Positions 1 to 10,285 of a stretch of 20,000 bases of DNA are shown here, piece by piece. The stretch is from Chiloscyllium plagiosum (taxonomy: Eukaryota). The stretch's first letter is position 1. Every line of letters begins with the position of its first letter. The notes beneath the pieces are model-generated. The model was not told the origin of the DNA. It worked only from the letters and a program-made list of their open reading frames with translations, and did not search any database. The translations under genes were made by a program, and so were the position numbers. Where the stretch lies: NCBI RefSeq assembly GCF_004010195.1, contig NC_057718.1:68701037-68721036 (forward strand), in the 5' to 3' direction.

Positions 1-463
1 GAAGTCTACCAAACCTATTTGAAAGGGTCTTGAACTATCTGCAGGCTACTTCTTCTGACTGTTACTTTAATTCCATGCATTTTGAATGGTTTCCATCATT
101 GCTTAAAGCTTCACCAGGTGACAGGAAGTTGTGGGACAGCTGCTGAATTACTCTGTGGCTGATTTAAAAACTTCTGCACAGAGAAGTTGCTCCCAGGCAT
201 TGGTTGATTTGTTGGCCTTTCCCCTAGCATTAAGCATGACTAGGGAATTAACAGAGGACATGCAATGCAGGACAAACTCCTGTGAGAGGTAAAAGTGAAA
301 AATGCCCTTGGCAGAAGGTTGTATCAGCACTGGCAGTTTAAGGAACAACTCTTCTGCCTGTGCTTCAATGATCACAAATGATTGAGACGATCTTGCTTCA
401 CTAGACTGTTCATCATTAAAATTTGCTGCCTGGAATAGTTGCCACCCCAATCTCAGAGCAGAA

Positions 464-700
464 CAGCAAATGATGCAGATCAGTACCTGGCATCCTGGCA
501 ACAGTTGGAAGTAGCCACTCTGTAGCAATCTTCTGTCACCTGCACTTCAACGATGACAGAAAACTAAAGAGTGGCTACTGGACAATTGGAGGCTCTCAAT
601 GATTGTATTGCTCATGGTTCCACATGCATGACAGACATGTTGAGAAGTCCTGGTACTGTAAGAAATCTCTTGGAACAGAATGTGAAATAGGCAAAAAAAA
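464..700 (+). mobile_element. Decayed PIF/Harbinger DDE transposase, 5' fragment (may extend further left)
   Basis: Frameshifted translation QQMMQISTWHPGNS...EWLLDNWRLSMIVLLMVP...VRNLLEQNV resembles the Harbinger motifs (ARYPGSSHD, WLLGDKGYPL..WLMTP, TRNIIEQTIG). Collinear with the fragment at 2894. Confidence 0.6.
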
Positions 701-2893
701 AATTCTTGGCTCACGGCAAAGCCAAATTCCAATGAAGAATGGTATCAACCAACATTGGGTAACCTAAAGAAGTTAAGGATGGCATCAGTGTGGCAAAGAT
801 TAATGGTAAGCCAAAGGATTGGGAAGAATAATTTAAACCAACAAAAGGTGACCAGAAAAAGTAATGGAGGGAGAAAATAAATTTAGAGGGTAAACTTGCA
901 AGTAATATCAAGCCGGGCAGCAATTGCTGGTTTAAAATAAAAATGAGAGAAAAGCCCCTTCTCTCCTAAGAGACCCAAAGGTCCCTTAGAGAATGAGGCT
1001 AGGGAAATAAAGATGGGCACCAGGATATGGCAGCGGAGTTGAATAAATACTTTGCATCAGTCTTTATAGTATAAAACACTAATAACATTCCAAAATTATT
1101 AAATATTCAAGGGGCAACAGCGAGGAGAGGAAATACATGCTATTAAATACAAATAAATACCCTAGAGATAAAGTGATAGGGAAACTAATGAAGTTAAAGG
1201 CTGCTAAGTACACTAGACTTGATGGACACGTCCTAGGATATTAAAGAAAAATATTACAGATGGATGATTATTACCAGTTCATCCTCTAAGAATCCTTGGA
1301 TTCTGGAAAAGTTCCAGGAGATTGGAAGGAGTCAAAAAAACAGTTAACAATAGGTCAGTTAGTTTAATGTGTTATTGGGAAAATGTTAGTCTATATGAAA
1401 GAATGCAGTAGCAGAACATTTCAAAATGCATAATTTGATCAAGCAGAGGCAATGTAACTTTGTGAAGGGGAAATCATGTCTGGCAAGATTACTAGAATTC
1501 TTTGAGGAGGTAATAGGCAGAATAGAGATAAAAGGAAAGCATTAGATATAGTATATTTGGAATTTCAGAAGGCATTTGATGATGTACCATGCAGAAGGCT
1601 ACTTAATGAAGCAAGTGTAGGAGGTAGTATATTAACACAGAGAATTGGCCAACTAATAGAAGAAAGAGAATTGGGGAATAAGGGTGTATTTTCAGGATGA
1701 ACATCTTTAACTAATAGTGTGCCACAGTGATCAGTCCTGTGGCCACAATTATTTACAATAGATATTAATGACTTGGATGAGGAAAGTGAATGTACTATAG
1801 CCAAGTTTGTTGATGACACAAGTAGGTGGGAAGGCAAATGAGGAGGATGATAGAGTCTGCAGAGGTATATAGACAGGTTATTTGTATGCACTAAAACTTG
1901 ATAGTTAGAATATACTGTGAGGAAGTGTGAGGTTTTGCATGTTGGCACTGAAGCTGAATATTTTTTAAATGGAGAAAGACTGCAGAAAGTTACAGAACTG
2001 AGGGATTTGGGAATCCTCATCCATTGATCACAAAAAGCTAGCATTCAAGTTCATTAGGTAATAGGGAGGACAATAGAATGTTGCACTTTATTTCAAAGGG
2101 AACGGTGTAAAGAACTTAGGAGGTTTTGCTAAAATTTTACAAGGCACTAATCAGACCACAACTGAAATACTGTAAACAGTTTTGGGGTCCCTTATCTAAG
2201 GAAACATATACTGGCATTAGAGGGAGTCCAGAGAAGATTCATTAGGATGATACCAGGTATAGAGGGACTACCTTATGAGGAGAAGTTGAGTAGATTAGGG
2301 CCTGTACTTGTTGGAATATACAAAAATCAGAAACATGAGATTTTTAGAGGACTTGTTAGGGTAGATGTGGAAAGGTTGCTTCACTTTGTGTGCTACCTTG
2401 TTCCTTTTGTCCTGGCTGCAGCATTCATGTGCCAGTTGTTTTACCTTCATGCTATCCTCCAAACCATGCGTTGCTGCTGTGACTGTGATTGAGTGACTCA
2501 TTCATAGGCTATCAGCTATAACATTATAGTCCAACACAATCTGCAGCTTTATTACCTGGCGTATCTGCCATTGTACCACTATTCCCAATGACCTTACTAT
2601 CTCTAGGACCAAAAGGCATAATTTCAGAATTGAGGTTGCACATTTCAGACCGATGAGCATGAATTTGTGAAATTCCTTACTGTAGAGAGCTGTATAAGCT
2701 TGTCTTTTTGAAGCGTGTCATATTGAAGGCTAAGATTGAACGATTTTTGACCAGGACGGGAATCAAGACTTACAGAAAACAGGGAGCAACATCGAGTTGA
2801 GGATTATTAGATTAGCTAAAATCTTGCTGAATGGCAGAGCAGACTCAATGGACTGAATGGTCTACCTCTGTTCTTGCTTATTATGGTCTTATG
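700..2893 (+). mobile_element. CR1 LINE, 5'-truncated ORF2 (RT) plus 3' UTR, older subfamily, interrupted at 2391-2601
   Basis: Degenerate ORF2 motifs: KPKDWE, EGKLASNIK, GKSCLARLLEFFEEV, YLEFQKAFD, VPQ*SVLWPQLFTIDINDLD, KFVDDT. Ends with the tail ...TATGGTCTTATG. Confidence 0.9.
2391..2601. repeat. Unidentified ~210-bp interspersed element, copy 1, inserted into the CR1
   Basis: CR1 sequence stops at ...CTTTGTG (2390) and resumes at TCTAGGACC (2602). The insert aligns by eye along its length with 4636-4856. Confidence 0.75.
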
Positions 2894-3075
2894 AAGCAGC
2901 AATGTCTAGATTACTCGAGAGGAAGCCTTCCGTACTCTGCTGAATTGGTCTGAAGTTTTGTCATGTCTTGCTGCTTGCTGCACAACCTTGCTATCAGGAG
3001 GGAAGAACCTTCGCACAAGCTACATTGGAGAAGCTAAGGAAGTGGTGCTGGAAGAAGAGGATAAGGAAGCAGTTG
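2894..3075 (+). mobile_element. Decayed PIF/Harbinger transposase, C-terminal fragment
   Basis: Translation KQQCLDYSRGSLPYSAELV*SFVMSCCLLHNLAIRR followed by an acidic stretch matches the Harbinger/HARBI1 C-terminal signature (RCLD.SGG.LQYSP....IV..CC.LHN). Confidence 0.8.
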
Positions 3076-3899
3076 CAACCTTTACAACTCCTTTCTGTCC
3101 AGAATCTGCATGAACAAACAATAAATAATGTCAGGTAACCTTGAATGCTATTCTGCACTCAACAGTAGTCCATGCTTCTTTCTTTTCCCCTATTACTGGC
3201 CATCCCATCATTTTATTATTCGTAGTGCAAAATGCACATTACAATCCAAATTTTAATAAATCATGCCATAATGAATATAGAAGTAAGTTGATCACCTTGG
3301 TACATTCTCTTAGTACCTGTGCCTGTTCTATTGGTCCTACAAATTCTTTCCTAGTAGCTAATTCATGTCTAGTGGAAGGTTGCTGAGGAAATTGAAAACT
3401 TTGAGCAGTTTAGTGTCTGGAAGGCCTGGTTTCAGATTGCACTATCTGAGCGTATTCATTTGGGATTAGCAGGCTGACAGCAAATGGCAAGATTGAGATA
3501 ATAAATATCTTTGAGAGAGGATAGCAAGTTCATATGCCATGGACCTATTCTTGGGGTGATGTGTCAAACATCCTCTTGTTCTGTGCCAAAATAAATAAGT
3601 ACAGTACTGTAATACCTTGGATATACCTTCCAGTGGTTTCCAGAATGATAATGGCACTAAAACTTTAGATGGAAGCTTCCTATGCTAAGACAGTGCCCAT
3701 CTTCACTGATTTCCATGTGTGCGCTACTGGCAGTAGCTGCTCCTTTGATAATGTAAAGGATAGACTCCAAACCTCGTGGAAAAAACCTTGAATGAAGTTA
3801 GTGTTAGATTCTTTCATGCTCTTTGATGTCAAATAGAGGATTTCTAGTAGACTAAGTGCAAACAGGTCCATAAAAGTTGGCATGTGTAACCTCTGCAAC

Positions 3900-4635
3900 T
3901 GAGAGCACCACAGGATAAGGTCCAACCAGTCCATGCTGAACATAATCCCAAATTAAACTAGTCCCACCTGCCTGCTACTGGCCTGTATCCTTCCAAACCT
4001 CTCCTATTCACGTATTTATCCAAATGTCTTTCAAACTTTGTAATTGTGCCCACATCCACCTCAGGAAGTTCATTCCACACATGGAACCCCTCTGTGTAAA
4101 AATAAAAATTAGCCCCTAACATCTTTGTTTAAATCTCTCTCCTCTCTCCTTAAAAATGTGGCCCCTAGTCTTGATATCCCCCATCCGAGGGAAAAGACAA
4201 CTACCATTAACCCAATGTTTTTACCCATCAAAAACATTGCGTAAAGTCACTTCTCAACCTCTTAGGCTGGGACCTTTTCCACTGCAGCATTTCTTTATAA
4301 CTCCATACTATCCTGGTAAATCTCTTCTGAACCCTGTCTGGCTTAATAGCATCTTTCCTATAATCAGAACTAGACAGTTTTCCAAAAGAGACCTCACCAA
4401 TATCCTGTATAACCTCAACTCTTCTACTCAAAGGACCGAGCAATGAAAGCAAGAATGGTAAACATCTTTTTAATCATCCCATCTTTATCTGATACAAACT
4501 TCAAAGAATTATGTACCTGAATCCCTAAGTCCCTCTGCTACAACACTACACAAGACCCTACCCTTAATTGTATAAGTCCTATCTGTGTTTGATGTACCAA
4601 TATGTAATACCTCGCATTTATCCAGATTGAGCTCC
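3900..4635 (-). mobile_element. CR1 LINE 3' fragment
   Basis: Minus-strand ORFs give DRVQKRFTR and LNLDKCEVLHIG; CR1 3' UTR motif AAACTAGTCCCACCTGCCTGC near 3955-3975. Confidence 0.88.
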
Positions 4636-4856
4636 GTTATTCCTTTTGCTTTGCTCTGGCTCCAGCATGCACGTGACAGATGTTTCTGCTGCATACTATT
4701 CTCTGATCCATGCACTTACACTGTGACTGTGTAATTGAGTCCCTGCACTCATGGGCCATCAGCAGCCGCAGAATTGTACTCCAACATAATCTGTAGCCTC
4801 GTGGCCTGGCATAAGCCCCATTCTTACTACTATTTCCAATGATCTTGGTATCTCTA
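4636..4856. repeat. Unidentified ~220-bp interspersed element, copy 2
   Basis: Shares ordered blocks with 2391-2605 (TTCCTTTTG, CAGCAT, CCATGC, CTGTGACTGTG, ATTGAGT, ATCAGC, TCCAACAyAATCTG, CCTGGC, ACTATTyCCAATGA, TATCTCTA). Confidence 0.75.
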
Positions 4857-5049
4857 TCATTTCATTCACTTGAAGGGGAGATGCAAGCAAATTTTCATAC
4901 TGCTAGGTTTTTGCAATATTGGAACCCCTGCTGTTACATGCAGCCAGTGAATAGTACAGTTGAGTGCTGGCTGCAAGCCAAAATTGTAGTAGTGTTCAGA
5001 CAGCACAAAATTGGTGCTTTTTTATACTTCATGGAAATGGAAATTAATG

Positions 5050-5107
5050 GATAGGTTGGACTGAAGGGTCTGTTTTTGTGCTGTACATCTGTGACTCTAT
5101 GACTCTA
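5050..5107 (+). mobile_element. Isolated CR1/SINE 3' tail (extreme 5' truncation)
   Basis: GGTTGGACTGAAGGGTCTGTTTTTGTGCTGTACATCTGTGACTCTATGACTCTA is essentially the same terminus as at 14058-14107. Confidence 0.8.
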
Positions 5108-5179
5108 ATCAAGTTTTATGTTCCCCATGCCCCTTTTTGCAATTCTCGAATTGAATTCCAGAGACTACTTTTAAGAGGG

Positions 5180-5270
5180 GGAAAAAAGCTGGAAAATTGC
5201 AATAGGTTTGACAGCCTCTATGGAGAGACACAAACTTAATATTCTAGATTGATGACCATTCTTTAGCACT
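5180..5270 (-). mobile_element. Highly decayed Penelope-type terminal repeat fragment
   Basis: GCTGGAAAATTGCAATAGGTTTGACAGCCTCTATGGAGAGA...CTTAATATT aligns loosely with 6312-6395. Confidence 0.4.
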
Positions 5271-5879
5271 CCTCGTCATTCCACCTCTCAGTAGAATAAT
5301 CCAATCATTTCCCTGATCTATCTCTATAGTACTGCACGCTTAAGTGTTCAAACATGATTCTCTTTGATGTCGTTCACCATATTTGTTACACTGTCCTCAT
5401 AGTGTGTTCTCTGTACTTGTATGAAATTCCTCTGCTACAGTTGAAACCATTGAAGATTTTTTGCTCTTTCCACTTTCTTAAATTTTGAAAAGAACTCTGA
5501 TTTAATTGATATTCAGCAATCTGTAAGAGATTTCTATATTTTGGCAGTTTTTGCAGATTTTGATCCAGTCCTAAGTTCTCAAACTTTTTGAAAATTAAAG
5601 TATCAATTTCTATTTTATGCTTCTCTTTGATTTATATATAATTTTTTTGAAAATGCATTTGCTTCTAATTTTCGTCATTTATTGGTCCTTGAACAATGGC
5701 CCAAGACCTACTCTAGAAAATCCTAATCACTTATGAACCTCCTTAACATCCTAAGTAGGATTATGCACGATTACCATTTTTAAAAATAAAATTGGTGTTT
5801 GTACAAAATTGCACTTGTAGGGAACCTACAGGTATAGCTTCTGTTTCTTCGCATTCATGTTAGATTTACTTTTCTGTAG

Positions 5880-6027
5880 GTGCTGCAGAGGATGATGAAT
5901 GGGATGATGATTGGAATGAGTCCAAACCACCTCCAAGTATTATTCCTCACACAGAGTCTGAGGCAGCAGAGACTGGTTTGGCTCGTGGAGCTCCTCGCAA
6001 CAATTCTGTGAAAATGCCACGCAACAG
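5880..6027 (+). CDS. SNX9: SNX9 internal coding exon (148 nt; probably equivalent to human exon 6), acidic low-complexity region
   Basis: Acceptor ttttctgtAG (5878-5879), donor GTaatg (6028). Translation (G)AAEDDEWDDDWNESKPPPSIIPHTESEAAETGLARGAPRNNSVKMPRN(R) matches the SNX9 DDDWDEDW...SMKIPLNK segment as recalled. Phase 1 in, phase 2 out, compatible with the next exon. Confidence 0.93.
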
Positions 6028-6295
6028 GTAATGGAAATAAGCGGCAAGCATATGCTTCATAATCTTGCTGCAGTCAAAAAATATTTGTCTTGATAAAGTT
6101 TGTAAAGTTAGGTACTTCGTTTGTTGAAAGTTTCTTAAGCTTTAGTCTTTGTTTTTGTGGATAAATGAAGTTTTATGTCTGTGTCATATGTTACTGAATA
6201 CTTAAGGGGTTTAAATTGTTTGTTTGTTTTTCTTTCATACTCATTAACCTCGTAATTTAATCTCTGATTTGGGAGGAAGGGATATTATTGTTCAA

Positions 6296-6452
6296 GAACA
6301 AAAATATAAATTGCTGGGGAACCTCAGCAGATCTGACAGCATCTTTGGAGAGAAAATAGAGTTAACATTTTGGGTCCAGTGACCCTTCATCAGAACTCTA
6401 GTTTCTCCAGCAATTTCTGTTTTTGTTCCAGATTTCCAGCAGCTGCAGTTCT
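6296..6452. mobile_element. Penelope-like terminal repeat in partial inverted arrangement with a decayed hammerhead core on the minus strand
   Basis: Minus strand reads CTGATGA-A-GGGTC-ACTG-GACCC-AAAATGTTAAC (6393-6361). Arms 6296-6322 (GAACAAAAATATAAATTGCTGG) and 6400-6428 (CCAGCAATTTCTGTTTTTGTTC) are imperfect inverted repeats. Confidence 0.7.
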
Positions 6453-6469
6453 ATTTCACTGTTGAGGAA

Positions 6470-6790
6470 CTCCCTCTCCCACTATTCTAAGTGAATAATT
6501 TATATTTAGTGTATCCTATCCTTTAGTTGTCTTATATACCTTAATTAGATTGCCCTTTAATCTTTATATTCTAGACACTGTAAAGTTTATGCACTTTTGT
6601 CCTCTATGTACTGGCTGCACTTAGGTGAATCTAAGCCTTTGTCGTGTCTATATCTCTGTCCTGAGGTGTACTGTGTAAAACTGAATGCAGTATTCCAGCT
6701 AGAGTAGAGCTCGAAATAGTTGAAGGAATTTGCTTTTTTGTTTTCTAGTATACCTTGGATAAAGGCCAAAATTCCATGATTGAATATGAT
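6470..6790 (-). mobile_element. Old, degraded CR1-like fragment
   Basis: Residual motifs TTATATACCTTAATTAGAT, CAGTATTCCAGCT, ATAAAGGCCAAAATTCCA typical of the reverse-strand CR1 ORF2 3' part. Confidence 0.5.
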
Positions 6791-7154
6791 CTGGCTAATT
6801 AGAGAGCACACCTTCGAATGCAATTCTATGCGGCTGTTATTTGAAGATTACAATTAGTTAATGAGAAATAATATGCAACATTGTTATATTGACTTCAGTT
6901 TTATTCATAAATTATGATCCTAAATAAAATAATTATGCACTTCCGCATAAATTTATTGTTGGGAAAGTACCTTTTGGATAAAAGTTTTACTGATAAGTTT
7001 TGAGACTGCTGCCTTTTGTAGCACTTTAAATTGATTTGCATCCTCTAAATGTCATAAATGAAGAGTTATGCTTTCTTAAATGCATGAAAATAGTTGTTAC
7101 TTTGAATGCTTGGGAAATGGTTAATGCCGATTAATTAAAAATGGCAGTTAACAG

Positions 7155-7995
7155 GGAGTTATAGAATTATATAGCACCCAAACAGACTGTGTTCAATTCC
7201 TGAAGAAGGGCTAATGCCCGAAACGTCGATTCTCCTGTTCCCGAGATGCTGCCTGACCTGCTGCGCTTTTCCAGCAACACATTTCCATCTGTGTTCAATT
7301 CAACTCATCCATACCGACCTGTATCCTAAACTGATCTAGTGCTGTTTTCCAGCATTTAGCCCATATCCTTCTGAACCCTTCCTATTCATGTAATTATCCA
7401 GATGCATTTTAAATGACTGTAATTGTACAGCCTCCACCATTTTCTCTGGGAGCTCCATACATGTACCACCCACTGTGTGAAAAGGTTTTCCTTTAAAATC
7501 TTCTATATCTTTCCTCTCTCACCTTGAACCTATGCCCTCTAATTTTGTACACTCTCACCCTGGGAAAAAGATCTTCTCTTTTCATCCTATCTATGTCCCA
7601 CATTTTATAAATTTCCATAAGGTCACCCCTCTGCCTTTGATGCTCCAGGGCAAAATGCCTCACCCTGTTCAGCCTCTTCCTATAGCTCAAACCTTCCAAT
7701 CCCAGCAACATCCTTATAAATCTTTATTGAACCCTTTCAAGTTTAACAACATCTTTCCCCTTACAATGAGACCAGAATTGAACACAGTATTCCAGAAGTG
7801 GCCTCACCAATGTCCTGTACAGCTGCAATTCCTTAACACTTTTCTTAAATAATAGCACCACATAACCTGTTTTCCGGCACCTCGCCTGTGGCTACTGATC
7901 TGCAAATATCTCAGCAAGGGGCCCAGCAATCACTTCCCTAGCTTCGCACGAAGTTCTGGGATACACATGGTTCTGGTCCTGGGGAATTATCTATC
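7155..7995 (-). mobile_element. CR1 LINE copy with internal deletion (junction ~7828) and a nested 89-bp insertion
   Basis: ORF 7493-7711 (GLEGLSYRKRLNR...RGDLMEIYK...RGHRFKVR) is the CR1 ORF2 C-terminus; 7830-7995 encodes the upstream SPGP..YPR...EAREVIA segment. Confidence 0.9.
7200..7288 (+). mobile_element. 89-bp Penelope-type terminal element with a minimal hammerhead ribozyme core and 13-bp TSD
   Basis: CTGAAGA-A-GGGC-TAAT-GCCC-GAAA-CG-TC at 7200-7227; flanked by identical CTGTGTTCAATTC at 7187-7199 and 7289-7301; interrupts an otherwise contiguous CR1 3' end. Confidence 0.8.
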
Positions 7996-8843
7996 TGTCT
8001 TTTTAAGAGTTAATCCACTTCTGATCCAAAATGAGGTGCTCTCTGACTTTGAGAAATTAGAGTTGAGGAGAGCTAGCTGGATAGTCAAGGTTCCCTGTAC
8101 AGAGGGCATTCAGTTAAACCAAAGTAACTGACACCACAATCTTCAGGCAGACTATTTATCAAAAAATAATTGAGCTGACAGTTGCTCTGAGTGGTTTGTC
8201 TTTGTTTATGTACATATTCAAAACTGACCCAATAATTTAATGAGTTCCATATAGTTTCCATGAGAAACTTCAGATTTACAATCTATTCTTAATTTTTTTA
8301 AAGAATGCTTTATCTAAACATTGACCCAATTTATGATAAAAATTGAGCTGCCAGAAAAATCACTTGGTAGAATGGTAAACATGATGTTTACTTTAGTTGC
8401 TAATACAGATATTTAGCAGCAGGTTTGCTGGCAAATAAAATATATTCTCCAAGCCTTTTTTACTAATGAAGATTATGTATTTTTAAGTAACTGGTATATC
8501 ACTATACAAATAATTGTGTATGTGGTTGTGTTTTCCAATAAGCCCTTGTAAACATTTGTAATAATTGAAGAATTGTTTTAAAAAATATCTCATTCTTGGA
8601 ATGCTTTTTGAGAAAAGAGTGGTGTTGAAAATGGAAGTTCACATCCCAATTTTGTGCCGTTCACTTGAAGGTAAAGTGTTTGCTTAAATAAAAAAATACC
8701 TTTTTAGTAATCATTTAGTTTTTAACCAATTTTATTCAGATAAACTGTGTTGTGAATGCTGAATTCATTCAGATAGAGTTTAATGTTTGTTTTTTTGACA
8801 TCCTTCTGCTTTTAAGGCATACCCAGTCTTTGTTTTAATATAG

Positions 8844-8928
8844 GTTTCCAACTTTTATCAAACATGGGCCTGAAGTCTATCTACTTTCAAAGCAACCAGT
8901 AAAACCCACTGAGAAAATTACAATCCAT
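8844..8928 (+). CDS. SNX9: SNX9 internal coding exon (85 nt; probably exon 7), yoke N-terminal segment
   Basis: Acceptor ttttaatatAG (8842-8843), donor GTaagt (8929). Translation (R)FPTFIKHGPEVYLLSKQPVKPTEKITIH resembles SNX9 [28 protein letters not shown]. Phase 2 in, phase 0 out. Confidence 0.93.
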
Positions 8929-9186
8929 GTAAGTTATACTAGTAATTGGGAAGGGATTTTTTTTTGGAGCTGTAGAAAATTGGGAAGTTGGCTGAGAGTA
9001 CAGTAAAAATAATTAAGGTATGTATCTTGCATTTTTGATTTGCATGTATGGTAATGTGGATAATCACCTTGGTCACAGAAAGGAATTTGAAGAAACTGAA
9101 GCTGTGAGGAGATGGCTTGATTTTTTGATTCGTACTGAATCATTTTATTAGCCTGATGTATCTAAGGTGATATATCTGCATCACCT

Positions 9187-9400
9187 CTGGTGTTCTCACC
9201 TCTGGTTACAAGGTGAATCCAGAGATGCAAGTCCAAAAATAAAGGCTAGCATTTCATCGCAATACTGAGGGAATTCTGCATTGCCAAAGATTTCATTTAT
9301 TGAGATGAGATGTTAAACTGCAGCACTCTGTTAGCAGGTGCTCCAGGGTGTTTATTTAATCTTGAAATCGTCACCTGAAAACTATTGACCAGTCACCTTG
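9187..9400 (+). mobile_element. Degraded DeuSINE (SacSINE1/AmnSINE-like Deu domain)
   Basis: GCAATACTGAGGGAATTCTGCATTGCCAAAG...GATGAGATGTTAAAC resembles the recalled Deu-domain core GCAGTACTGAGGGAGTGCTGCACTGTCGGAGG...GATGAGACGTTAAAC. Confidence 0.7.
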
Positions 9401-9439
9401 TGTCAGTGCTAGAAAACATCAAGGAATCATTACTGAATG

Positions 9440-9582
9440 ATGCAATTGGCAATCATTTGAACTGAGGGATATGGATCCTGTAAGTGAAGACAGTTTTAGT
9501 ATGGAAGGCAAAATGTGTCTGCTCAGGCTTGGAAGGTTGAAGACCTGGTTCCTGTGCTGTAATGGTCTTTGTTCTTGTTCTT
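9440..9582 (+). mobile_element. CR1-type 3' UTR fragment of a further subfamily
   Basis: GAGGGATATGGA...GGCTTGGAAGGTTGAAG...CCTGTGCTGTAATGGTCTTTGTTCTTGTTCTTT, a CR1-like terminus with a (TGTTCTT)n tail. Confidence 0.55.
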
Positions 9583-9757
9583 TACCCTAAAAATATAGGA
9601 ATAGTCAACATACATTTCAAGAAAGAAGTTCATGTTTCTTTTGAAAATGACTGAATTCTTTAGCGAAGTATTAGACAGGGGTAATGCATAGAGATTTAAT
9701 ATAGATGAGAGTGACTGTCTTTAACAACAAGTACAATTGACTGTGTATGACTTCATA

Positions 9758-10285
9758 GGGCCCTAGCAAAACTAAAGTTAATAAGGTTCGTGGAGTTTGG
9801 GTAAACTCTCTGCTGCTGGAGTTATGTACTAAGCACAAAGATTATTGGACGTCTGTCATTTCATCCCCAAAACATTAATCCCGAGGAGCTCCTACAGTAG
9901 CGTCTTGAGCCCAATTATCTTCAGAGGGTTCTTTGCTGACCTTCAGTCCATCATAATATTAAAAGTGGGAAAGTTCACTGATCATTGCACAAATATTCAG
10001 CACCATTTACAATGAGTGATATACGAAACAATCCAAGTCCAAATGCAGCAAGATCTGTACAACATCCAGGCTTAGGCTGGTAAATGGCAAGTAACATTAA
10101 TGACACACAAGTGCGAGGCAGTGACTTCCTCCAGTGAGAGAATTCACCATATCTTCCTCGACATTCAACATCATTACTTTGCTGACTCCTCAAAAACAAC
10201 ATCCTGAGGGTTGCCATTGACCATAAACTGTATTGGACAGCTATATGTGATTTCAAGAGCAGATCAGAGGCTAAGAATTTTATTA
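9758..10285 (+). mobile_element. Degraded LINE reverse transcriptase fragment (CR1/L2 group, distinct family)
   Basis: Residual RT motifs: GAP..SVLSPIIF...ADL, KFTDHCT (FADD-like), MQQDLYNIQA*AGKWQVT. Confidence 0.7.

Noticed and set aside
148..528. 126-aa minus-strand ORF
   Set aside because: No recognisable domain; partly overlaps the antisense of the Harbinger fossil; likely chance.
1565..2044. 159-aa minus-strand ORF (longest in the track)
   Set aside because: Antisense of the CR1 RT region.
464..3075. Functional HARBI1-like domesticated gene
   Set aside because: Multiple stops and frameshifts, a CR1 insertion and loss of catalytic motifs indicate a dead transposon.
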